The notes: generated from the letters alone by a model not told the origin. A DNA stretch of 64,000 bases from an uncultured delta proteobacterium (GCA_963752565.1 CAVVZC010000021.1:64934-128933), one strand, 5' to 3'. Positions 49,448 through 58,492 are shown, numbered from the stretch's first letter. Program-made: numbers and translations.

Positions 49448-49508
49448 GTGGAAACGTGAGCGGGATGCCCGTACCACCCACAGATTGTGACGAGGAGATT
49501 ACGTAACC

Positions 49509-52500
49509 ATGCCTACCACCATCCTTTTGGTCGATGATCATCCGGTTTTTCGAAAAGGACTGCGCCAGCTTTTAGAAGAAGAACAGGATTTTAAAGTGGT
49601 GGGCGAGGCCGGTGACGGGAAAGAGGCAATAGCACTTGTCGGAAAACTATCGCCGGATGTGGTGGTCATGGACATCAACATGCCGAATTTCAACGGCATC
49701 GAGGCCACCCGGCAAATTGTTTCCGATTTTCCTGAAACCAAAATCGTGGCCCTGTCCATTCACTCCGGGAAACGTTTTATCGAAGATATGCTGCGAGCCG
49801 GTGCCGCTGGCTACATCCTGAAGGAATGCGCTCCCGAAGAGCTGACAAACGGCATGCGCGCCGTAATACGCGGCGAGATTTACCTGAGTCCTTCAGTCAC
49901 TGGAATTGTCGTTTCGGAGTTTGTGAAGGCAGAGACAAGCTTGCAGGATTCCGGAGATTATGATATGTGGACGGCCGGCAAGACGACCTCAATCATACAC
50001 ACCAAACTCCACCGGCCTCCGATTCCCCAAAACCATGTTCATCGTTCTCGGCTGCTTGAACAGCTTGAAAAGGGCCTCCGGAAACAACTCACACTGGTAT
50101 CGGCCCCTGCCGGATATGGCAAGAGCATCCTCTTGAGCTGTTGGCTGGAAAACTGTGATTGCCCCAATGCCTGGTATTCAGCGGATGAGAGCGATAACAA
50201 CCTACGTCAGTTTTTGATTTACTTTTTGACCGCTTTCCAGACCATGTTTCCCGACGCCGTGGAAAAGACCTTGGCCTTGGCAAACAGTGGAAATCTGCCT
50301 CCGATGAAGGTATTGCTGGCCAGCTTGATCAACGAAATGAACCTTGTTGATCAGGACTATATCCTGGTAATTGATGACATTCACCTGGTCCAGGAGAAAC
50401 AGATATACGACCTGTTAACTGAACTGCTGCGACATCCGCCGCAACGCATGCACCTGGTGCTGATCGGACGGCGGGATCCGTTTTTGCCCATATCTTCCTT
50501 CCGAGCCCAGGGACTGATGACTGAGATCCGCTTGCAGGATCTGTGCTTTACATCGGCAGAGACAAAGGCCTACCTGGAACAGGTGCTTGGGGAGCAAATC
50601 GAGGATGCCGTCGCCGAAAAATGGACGGAAATAACTGAAGGCTGGATAGCCGGATTACTCTGGCGGGACTTTCCATGCACCACAGGGGCGATGCAGCCGG
50701 CATTTTGTCCGAACTGCCTGAAGACATTCAATATGTGACAGAATATCTTTTCAATGAGGTTTTTAAGAGTCAATCTCCGGAAATTCGCCATTTTCTTTTG
50801 AGTACGGCCATTTTGGATCGATTCTGTGCGCCGTTGTGCAAGGTGTTGGTCGGCCTGGATGCAGAGTTAAGGCCGGATGACATAAATTCCTGGGATATTC
50901 TTGATTTGGTTAAAAATCAAAACCTGTTCGTCGTCAACCTGGACGCGGAAAACCGCTGGTTCCGATACCATCACCTGTTTCAGCAACTTCTGAAAAACCA
51001 GTTGATGCTGCATCGGAGCTCCGATGAGATTGTCGCCCTCCATTCCCGGGCAGGCAATTGGTTTGCCGAAAACAATCTTATCGATGAAGCGATCCGGCAT
51101 TTGCTGGCCGCTGGTGACGTGATCGGAGCGGCACAACTGGTTGAGAAAAATCGACAGGCCATGCTCGATAGTGATAGATGGTACGTCTTTGAAAAATGGC
51201 TGTCCATGTTGCCTGATACCGTTATTCAACAGCGGCCTATACTTCTCATGGCTCGAGTCTGGACACTCTATCATCAATTTGACATTCCGGCAATTCCATC
51301 GGTTGTTGATGCTGTGGAAGCGCTTTTAAAAGACGATCCTATGGAGCAGCATCTGCGTGGAGAAATCGATTTTTTTCGCGGGTATATTTACTATTTTCAG
51401 AATAAAGGTTCACACAGCCTGAAGCACCTTCAAGAGGCCCTGAAATTGGTTCCCGAGAAATATCATGAAATTCGAGGCCAGATCGAAATACTATATGGAT
51501 TGGCCAGGCAAATGCAAGGTCAGAAAGAAGACGCCGTTAAAACTCTGACTGACTTGCTGAATCATAAACAGCCGCCATTTAGCGTAAGGAAGACCCGTCT
51601 GTTGGTGACGCTTGTCTATATCCACATTATCTCGGGAGATCTGTACAAGGCATTCGTTGCAAACCAACAACTCTTTGACTTCGCAACAAAAAACAACTAC
51701 ATCTATGCGAAAGTGTGGAGTGTGTATCTTAAGGGACTGATCCACTTTTACCGTAATGAACTTGGAATGGCCATCGATCATTTCGGTCAAGCAATAGAAC
51801 AAAAATACATCTTTCACACTCGAGCTGTGGTTGACAGCATGGCCGGACTTATTTTTTCGTATCAAGCCGAAGGACAACCCGACCGGGCCGGCGAAACCAT
51901 GCAAAGCCTTTTTAAGTATGTTGCTTCCCAAAATGATCCGACCTATTTAATGATTGCTGACTCATGTAACGTACGGTTGTCGATCATGCAAGGAGAACTG
52001 ATATCAGCGATGGGTTGGCTTCGAGAAAGTTCTCCGCCCGTTGAGAACATGGTCTGGTGGCTGGAAATACCCGCTGTCACCCATTGCAAGGCACTTCTTG
52101 CTGAAGGATCGGACGAGAGCCTCGAGAAAGCCGAAATAAAGCTTCGGGAACTTTTGCAGCTGAATCAGGACAATCACAATACCTGTCATACGATTCACAT
52201 TATGCCTTTGCTGGCCATGGTGTATCATAAGCAGGGGCGGGATGATGAGGCGCTCACCATTCTGGAACAGGCCGTCGACCTTGCAAAACCCGGCGGATGG
52301 ATTCGGCCATTCGTTGAATTGGGTTCTCCCATGGTCGACTTGCTGAAACGATTGCCCAGGCAAAACGTCCACACGGAATTTGTCGAGAAACTCCTCGCTG
52401 CTTTCAGCGATAAGCAAACAGATCCTCCCGGTTTCCCAGTTCCCCCCTCTCCAAGTCCCCAAGTCTCCCCATCTCCAAGTCATCCCACTCCCCAGCCCCT

Positions 52501-52702
52501 GGTCGAGCCCCTGACCAACCGCGAGCTCGATATCCTGGATCTGCTGGCACAGCGTCTCCAAAACAAGGAAATTGCAGAGGAACTGTTCATTTCAAAGGAA
52601 ACCGTCAAAACACACCTGAACAACATCTACCAGAAGCTCAACGTCACCAATCGACGGAATGCGGTTGAAAAGGCCAAAAATCTGGGAATCCTTTCCCCTT
52701 AG
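49509..52702 (+). pseudogene. REC - STAND/MalT-like ATPase - TPR - LuxR HTH regulator, split by a 1-nt frameshift near 50652-50656
   Basis: ORF 49509-50738 carries the REC domain (ILLVDDHPVFRKGL, VVVMDINMP) and a P-loop (SAPAGYGKS). ORF 50675-52702 continues with MalT-like helical repeats and ends in LTNRELDILDLLAQRLQNKEIAEELFISKETVKTHLNNIYQKL. Frame 2 is open from 50639 and reads ...ITLAGLSMHHRGD, which continues ...TEGWIAG of frame 0. Confidence 0.7.
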
Positions 52703-52740
52703 CCCGGAGATTTCACGCCCCTGAGGTGTTCACTTGCCTT

Positions 52741-52800
52741 GATAGCGGGATTTCCGCCACACTGCACAGGCGGACAAGTCCGCTTCGCTCCAACAAGGGC
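52741..52800 (-). repeat. GTTGGAGCGAAGCGGA-type repeat, long form with nested 26-nt hairpin insert (inverted orientation)
   Basis: The reverse complement GCCCTTGTTGGAGCGAAGCGGACTTGTCCGCCTGTGCAGTGTGGCGGAAATCCCG matches copy d at 56130-56190. Confidence 0.8.
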
Positions 52801-52952
52801 ATTTATAGCGGTTATCAAAATAACGTTCCGTTTCGGCGGCCTACTTCAAACTGGTAAAGTAAACGATTCAATCCGCCAAAGGCGGACAAGTCGGAATGTA
52901 TTTATGACAACAGCTATAGAACACCTGAATCCACAATTTTGATGCGATACGA

Positions 52953-54209
52953 TTATATGATGGAGGTTTGACGCAGCAGTTCATGAACCGGCAGAAAAGA
53001 AAGCGCTGTTCCGCTTAGATCAAGTGTTTTATTGAGGTTCAGATTAATGATGTAGGCCCGCTCCGGATTGTATCTGTGGATGAAGCGGCGTAAAGATGCC
53101 GGCACTTTATCCTGTTTAAGGTGTTGGTATTTGACCTCCACCGGAATCAGACGTTGGCCGGCTTCAATCACGAAATCCACTTCGGCCTTATCCTTTGTCC
53201 GCCAGAAATTCAGTTTGGCAGCCTTGAACCTAAGTTTTTGTCTTAATAATAAAAAAACAAGATTTTCAAAAACAAATCCCCCTTCAGTCGGGCTTTCAAG
53301 GTGCCCGAAAAGCCCCAGGGAGTAGTTCCTGAAACCCAAATCCCAAAAATAGGGCACGGGTGATTTGCTGATTTCTTTTCGTACGTTGCGTGCATAAGGT
53401 GCCATGAGTTCGACAATAAATATCTTTTGAGCGTACCATAAATACTTTTTAACGGTAGGAAACGAAACATTCAACGTCGAAGCAAGCTCAGAGTAGTTCA
53501 TTAACTGTCCGACCTGGCCGGCAAGAATTTTAATCATAGCGCTGAAGGCATCGGGCTTGTCCAATTTTAGAAGATAAGCAATATCCTTTTCCAGGATGCT
53601 ACGGTAGATCTCATCGATGAGACGAAGTTTTTCGCCTTGTTCAACCGCCATGACGACTCTGGGGTATCCGCCGAATGTCATATATTCGATCAGCAACTGC
53701 TGTGCCCTGCCTTTTTCTATTGCCATAAAATCTGCAAGGTTTTCTTCATACCTGTAATCTGTCCGATGGTTGATAAATTCTTCCAAGGTTATGGTGGATA
53801 ATTCAAATAGTCGTTTTCGGCCAACAAGCGATTCATGTATCTTTTGTTTCAACTCCAGACTTCCGGAGCCGGAAAGGATAAACTTATAGGGCAACTTAAG
53901 ATCATAAAGGCCCTTCAAAAACAGGCCGGCATCATCTTTACGCTGGATCTCATCGATGAAAACATAACCGTGCTGCTGACCCAATTCCAGTTCGACTTTT
54001 CTAAGCAGTGCAGCCTGAGACTCAAAATGAGGTCTGTCCCATTCAATGTCGAGATTTAAAAACAGTGTCCGCTCACCGCGATTGTCCAGATGCTCCTGCA
54101 ACATCTCCATCAGTGTCGTTTTGCCGGCCTGCCGGGGTCCGATGATAAGACTCATCTCCTTCTGCGGAAGATGATCAACCAATTCCGAAAACAACTTTCG
54201 CTTAATCAT
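52953..54209 (-). CDS. AAA-type ATPase with DUF4143-like C-terminal region
   Basis: 418 aa. Walker A IGPRQAGKTTL and Walker B VFIDEIQ. The overall pattern is that of the AAA_14/DUF4143 'ATP-binding protein' family. Confidence 0.7.
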   Translation of the reverse strand: MIKRKLFSELVDHLPQKEMSLIIGPRQAGKTTLMEMLQEHLDNRGERTLFLNLDIEWDRPHFESQAALLRKVELELGQQHGYVFIDEIQRKDDAGLFLKGLYDLKLPYKFILSGSGSLELKQKIHESLVGRKRLFELSTITLEEFINHRTDYRYEENLADFMAIEKGRAQQLLIEYMTFGGYPRVVMAVEQGEKLRLIDEIYRSILEKDIAYLLKLDKPDAFSAMIKILAGQVGQLMNYSELASTLNVSFPTVKKYLWYAQKIFIVELMAPYARNVRKEISKSPVPYFWDLGFRNYSLGLFGHLESPTEGGFVFENLVFLLLRQKLRFKAAKLNFWRTKDKAEVDFVIEAGQRLIPVEVKYQHLKQDKVPASLRRFIHRYNPERAYIINLNLNKTLDLSGTALSFLPVHELLRQTSII

Positions 54210-54318
54210 GATTTAATGATAGCACGAGAATTTATAAAGTCAATATGAATTATTTGCGCCCATAGCCCATACCCCCAACCTTCGTTTCATTATCCCCTGT
54301 CCCCTGCCCCATTTTTTT

Positions 54319-54365
54319 CAACCCAGAACCCGGAACCTTGAACCTTGAAACCTGAACCCGAAATC
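54319..54365. repeat. 7-nt-periodic (GAACCNN)n block
   Basis: CAACCCAGAACCCGGAACCTTGAACCTTGAAACCTGAACCCGAAATC. Related blocks lie at 57667-57696, about 58590-58615 and about 62009-62037. Confidence 0.7.
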
Positions 54366-55523
54366 TCAAGGTTTTGAAAGCAACAATTTTTCTCCATGGA
54401 TGACACTAATTTCTTCTGTAACCGGAAAATTTCTTTCTCCCATATACACCACAAATCCTTTGTGAATGACGCCTTCGTCGATGCCGGCTTGTAAATTGGC
54501 CCAGTCACTTTTACCAATGGATACCGAACACTTGAATTCAAATCCAATTCTCTCGGAGCCCCGGTCAATGATCAGATCGATCTCGGCACCGGCATGCGTT
54601 CTGTAAAAATAAAAAAGACTGCCGGCGTTTTGCAGCATTTCCAGGCTAATGAGTTGCTCAATCATAAAACCTTCCCAACTGCTTCCCCTTTTGGGCGATT
54701 CCAGCAGGGATCTTTCACTGGTAATTCCCAAAAGGTAATGCAATATCCCTGAATCCCGCATGTATATTTTTGCCGATTTTACGATTCTTTTTTTTATGTT
54801 CGGAAAATACGGGGATAAGCGTCGAACAATAAAATGACCTTCCATTAGATCCAGATAATTTTGAATTGTGTGATAGGAAACCCCCAGAGACCGTCCAAGG
54901 TCAGAAGCATTAAATAGGCCACCGTGCTGGTGAGCGAGCATAACCATCAACCGTCTGATCTGTATTGGAGATATCTTTACGCCATACCGCGGAATGTCAC
55001 GTTCAACAAACGTGCGGAGATAGTTTTCCTGCCAATTTTGCCATTTGGATTCTGTTTTTTCTCTTAATGCATCTGGAAACCCGCCCTTCAACCAAAAATT
55101 ATGAATGTCAATCTTCAGAGCGGTTATTTCCGAAAAGAGAAATGGCGTCAATTCAACAATACCGACCCTTCCGGCAAGGCTTTCTGAAATATGTTTCACC
55201 AGAACAGGATTCACAGACCCCAATAGGGTGTAGCTTCCGGTCTGTTGTCTGTCCAGATCAATCATAGATCTGAGAACAGGAAATAATTCCGGCAATGTCT
55301 GAGCCTCATCGATAATGAGAGGCGGTTCAAATCTTTTAAGTGCAAACTCAATGTCGTCTACAAACACTTGCTGATCAGACGGCCTTTCGAGATCAAAATA
55401 TTCACCCTCAAGAAAGTGCTTGGCCAGCGTGGTTTTACCGCACTGCCTCGGACCCAGGATAAGGACCGCCGGGAACTGTTGTGATAATTCTCGCACCATG
55501 ATTTCGGCTTGTCGTTTAATCAT
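54366..55523 (-). CDS. AAA-type ATPase with DUF4143-like C-terminal region (second paralog)
   Basis: 385 aa. Walker A LGPRQCGKTTL and Walker B IIDEAQ. Same architecture as the neighbour. Confidence 0.7.
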   Translation of the reverse strand: MIKRQAEIMVRELSQQFPAVLILGPRQCGKTTLAKHFLEGEYFDLERPSDQQVFVDDIEFALKRFEPPLIIDEAQTLPELFPVLRSMIDLDRQQTGSYTLLGSVNPVLVKHISESLAGRVGIVELTPFLFSEITALKIDIHNFWLKGGFPDALREKTESKWQNWQENYLRTFVERDIPRYGVKISPIQIRRLMVMLAHQHGGLFNASDLGRSLGVSYHTIQNYLDLMEGHFIVRRLSPYFPNIKKRIVKSAKIYMRDSGILHYLLGITSERSLLESPKRGSSWEGFMIEQLISLEMLQNAGSLFYFYRTHAGAEIDLIIDRGSERIGFEFKCSVSIGKSDWANLQAGIDEGVIHKGFVVYMGERNFPVTEEISVIHGEKLLLSKP

Positions 55524-55587
55524 GGTTGAATATTAGCACTACAACTTCTATATTTCAAGTGTTTTTTAATCACTTCCGTCAAAATAT

Positions 55588-56262
55588 CCCGTCCCCCAGT
55601 TTCTCCATCTCCCCATCTCCAAGTCTCCAAGTCTCTCCTTCCCCTTATCTTCCTGACCTCTGACCTCCGACACCTGTTGGAGCGAAGCGGAAATCCCGAT
55701 TTATCGGGGATCCCCTATGACCTGTTCCCTGACACCTTTCCCCATCACTCCAGCACTCCAACACTCCATTTCTTTTCCCCCATCCCCCCGTCTCCCCGTC
55801 TCCCGTCTCCAGTCTCCCTCCCTGACCTCCGACACCTGTTGGAGCGAAGCGGAAATCCCGATTTATCGGGACCTATGACCTGTTCCCTGACACCTTTCCC
55901 CATCACTCCAGCACTCCAACACTCCATTTCTTTACCCCCATCTCCCCGTCTCCAAGTCTCTCCTCCCCATCTCCTGACCTGACCTCTGACACCTGTTGGA
56001 GCGAAGCGGAAATCCCGATTTATCGGGGATCCCTGACACCTTTCCCCATCACTCCAGCACTCCAACACTCCATTTCTTTTCCCCCATCTCCCCGTCCCCC
56101 CGTCTCCCCGTCTCCCGACCCTGACACCTGTTGGAGCGAAGCGGACTTGTCCGCCTGTGCAGTGTGGCGGAAATCCCGATTTATCGGGGACACCCGAAAC
56201 CTGACACCTTTCCCCCATCACTCCAGCACTCCAACACTCCATTTCTTTACCCCCTCCCCCAT
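55588..56262. repeat. tandem array of four 135-160-bp composite repeat units
   Basis: Each unit is (CTGACC/CTGACACC)n, then GTTGGAGCGAAGCGGAAATCCCGATTTATCGGGGA, then CTGACACC, then CATCACTCCAGCACTCCAACACTCCATTTCTT, then (CCCCGTCT)n. Core copies lie at 55676-55710, 55838-55871, 55995-56029 and 56130-56190; the last carries a 26-nt insert. Confidence 0.85.
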
Positions 56263-56376
56263 TCCTAGCCCTTTTTTAGCCCTTTTTGGGGGATGTAAAG
56301 CCCCTTGGCGTAGACTAATCTAAAATTGCAATTATCCACCAGACCCATCTTTCTATAAAGATAAGGAACAAGAATC

Positions 56377-56712
56377 ATGCCGTATAAGATTAAAGATAGG
56401 TATCTGAAACTTGGGACGCCGGCTATCTATCGCATCGACGTCGAGGGGCCTCTGGATGAAAGCTGGTCCGACCGCCTTGCCGGTATGTGTATCAACCCAC
56501 ACAAAAGAACGGATCAATCAACGGTAACGACTCTGATTGGAAAAGTGATGGATCAGGCTGAGCTGACGGGAGTGCTCAACAGCCTCTATGAATTGCACCT
56601 GCCGATCTTAGCGGTGAAAGTTCTCAACGAAAAAAATGGCGATCGTGAAGATGAACTGAAGCCTGACCAGCCATCTCTATTGGAATCTGATGGGTCAGAT
56701 CGTACGAAATGA
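56377..56712 (+). CDS. small hypothetical protein
   Basis: 111 aa. The pattern YRIDVEGPLDESWSDRLAGM...TTLIGKVMDQAELTGVLNSLYELHLPILAV recalls a widespread small uncharacterised family. Confidence 0.5.
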   Translation: MPYKIKDRYLKLGTPAIYRIDVEGPLDESWSDRLAGMCINPHKRTDQSTVTTLIGKVMDQAELTGVLNSLYELHLPILAVKVLNEKNGDREDELKPDQPSLLESDGSDRTK

Positions 56713-56760
56713 TGGGCATCATGAATGGTAAATCAATTTGCCGCAAAGGAGCTATGAATA

Positions 56761-57583
56761 ATGAAACAATTTAGAATCATTACACTTTTATTTGCAGCAC
56801 TCAGCCTGTTCAATATCGCAGCCTTCACTCATACCGTTCGGGGGGAAGACAAAGGCACACAGGATCTGGCCAAGGCCGCCCAGAATCCGGTGGCCAACAT
56901 GATCAGCCTGCCGCTCCAGAACAATACCAATTTCGGTGTCGGGCCGGGGGACGACACACAGAACATGCTCAATATTCAGCCGGTGATTCCCGTCAAGCTG
57001 AGCGAGAACTGGAACCTGATCACCCGCACCATTGCACCGGTGATCTATCAGCCGGAACTGGTCCCGGGAACCGGCAGCGAGTTCGGCCTCGGGGATATCA
57101 ACACGACCCTGTTTCTCTCACCCGCCAAGCCGGGGAAACTCATTTGGGGTCTTGGACCGGTGCTCTCCTTCCCCACGGCCACTGACGACGTTCTGGGCAA
57201 CCGACAAATGGAGCGCAGGACCCTCGGTCGTGGCACTGACGATACAGGGCCCATGGGTCGTCGGTGGGCTCGCCAGCAATCTGTGGTCCTTTGCGGGTGA
57301 CGATGATCGACCGGATGTCAATCAGTTCCTGTTTCAATACTTTATCAACTACAACCTGCCCAAGGGCTGGTATGTCTCGTCCGCACCCATCATCACAGCC
57401 AACTGGGAGGCGGACAGCGGCAACCAGTGGACGGTGCCCTTCGGAGGGGGTGTCGGAAAGATTTTCAAGATCGGAAAGCAGCCCATAAACGCCCAGGTAC
57501 AGGCCTTTTACAATGTGGAAAAGCCGGACAACGGACCCGACTGGACCCTGCGGCTGCAATTGCAGTTTCTGTTTCCGAAGTGA
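56761..57583 (+). pseudogene. outer-membrane beta-barrel protein (MetA-pathway/phenol-degradation-like transporter family), split by a 1-nt frameshift near 57196-57200
   Basis: ORF 56761-57300 has a signal peptide and runs to ...GLGPVLSFPTATDDVLGN. ORF 57152-57583 in the next frame continues DKWSAGPSVVALTIQGPW...ITANWEADSGNQWTVPFGGGVGKIFK...LQLQFLFPK, ending in an aromatic-rich C-terminal strand. Confidence 0.65.
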
Positions 57584-57589
57584 ATAAAA

Positions 57590-57658
57590 GGTGTCAGGTG
57601 TCGGGTTTCAGATGTCAGCGGTTTACTTTGCCTTTCCTGACACCCGACACCTGACACC
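57590..57658. repeat. (GGTGTCA)n / (TGACACC)n hairpin followed by TTTT (terminator-like)
   Basis: GGTGTCAGGTGTCGGGTTTCAGATGTCAGCGG...CCTGACACCCGACACCTGACACC, then TTTTAA. Confidence 0.8.
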
Positions 57659-57719
57659 TTTTAACCCCTGAACGTTGAACCCTTGAACTTAGAACCTAAA
57701 GTCAATAAAGGAATGAATA

Positions 57720-58457
57720 ATGAAAAGTTTGGTTAGAAACAGCATTTGGATCGCAGCGATTCTGGTTTGGGTCTTTTGCTCGACCGGCATCCTTTATGCC
57801 GAAGAATCCGCCATGGACGACGGCTGGAAGTTCGGTGCCGAGCTCTACTTCTGGGGTGCTTCAATTGGCGGAAAATCGGCTTCCGGCAGTGACATCGATA
57901 TCGATCTCGACGACATTCTCGACAGCTTGGAATTCGCTTTCATGGGATCGGCCGGGATGCGCAAGGGCAAGTGGTCGCTGGTTGCGGATGTGATCTATCT
58001 GGACGCAGAGAATAGCGCCACCATCGCGCCCGGCCTGAACGCCAACGTGGAACTTACCAACTGGATCATCACGCCGCTGGTCGGCTACAACCTCGTCGAC
58101 ACGGGAAAGAGTCGCCTCGATATCGTGGGGGGTGCACGTTATCTCTACATGAAGGCCGATCTGCGGGTGGATGCTTTGGGTGCGCGTGCGGAAGATTCCG
58201 GATCGAATTGGGACGCTATTATCGGCGCAAGAGGTGCCGTGGACCTGGCGGAAAAGTGGTATCTGTTCGGCTATCTGGATATCGGCACCGGGGAGTCGGA
58301 TTTGACCTGGCAGGCCTTTGGCGGAGTGGGCTACCGGTTCAAGTGGTTCGATGTGGTCGCAGCCTATCGCTATCTGCGCTGGGATTTCGACGACAATCAG
58401 GCATTGGACGATTTATACCTCCACGGTCCTGGAGTCGGGATCAGGTTCGCGTTTTGA
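57720..58457 (+). CDS. outer-membrane beta-barrel protein
   Basis: 245 aa. Signal peptide, alternating amphipathic strands, and a terminal ...GVGIRFAF aromatic residue. Confidence 0.65.
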   Translation: MKSLVRNSIWIAAILVWVFCSTGILYAEESAMDDGWKFGAELYFWGASIGGKSASGSDIDIDLDDILDSLEFAFMGSAGMRKGKWSLVADVIYLDAENSATIAPGLNANVELTNWIITPLVGYNLVDTGKSRLDIVGGARYLYMKADLRVDALGARAEDSGSNWDAIIGARGAVDLAEKWYLFGYLDIGTGESDLTWQAFGGVGYRFKWFDVVAAYRYLRWDFDDNQALDDLYLHGPGVGIRFAF

Positions 58458-58492
58458 TGGTCTTGCCGCGAAAACACCGATCGCAAGACACC

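Noticed and set aside
55677-56242. Track ORFs 55677-55982 (+, 101 aa) and 55745-56242 (-, 165 aa)
   Set aside because: Both are translations of the tandem repeat array (P/S-rich or G/R-rich low complexity, internally repetitive), with no start context. They are not credible genes.
55588-56262. Possible CRISPR array, because a 35-nt hairpin-containing sequence recurs four times at regular spacing
   Set aside because: The spacing is 135-160 nt rather than about 60-75 nt. The intervening 'spacers' are themselves near-identical low-complexity repeats. No cas genes are nearby. It is a tandem composite repeat, not a CRISPR array.
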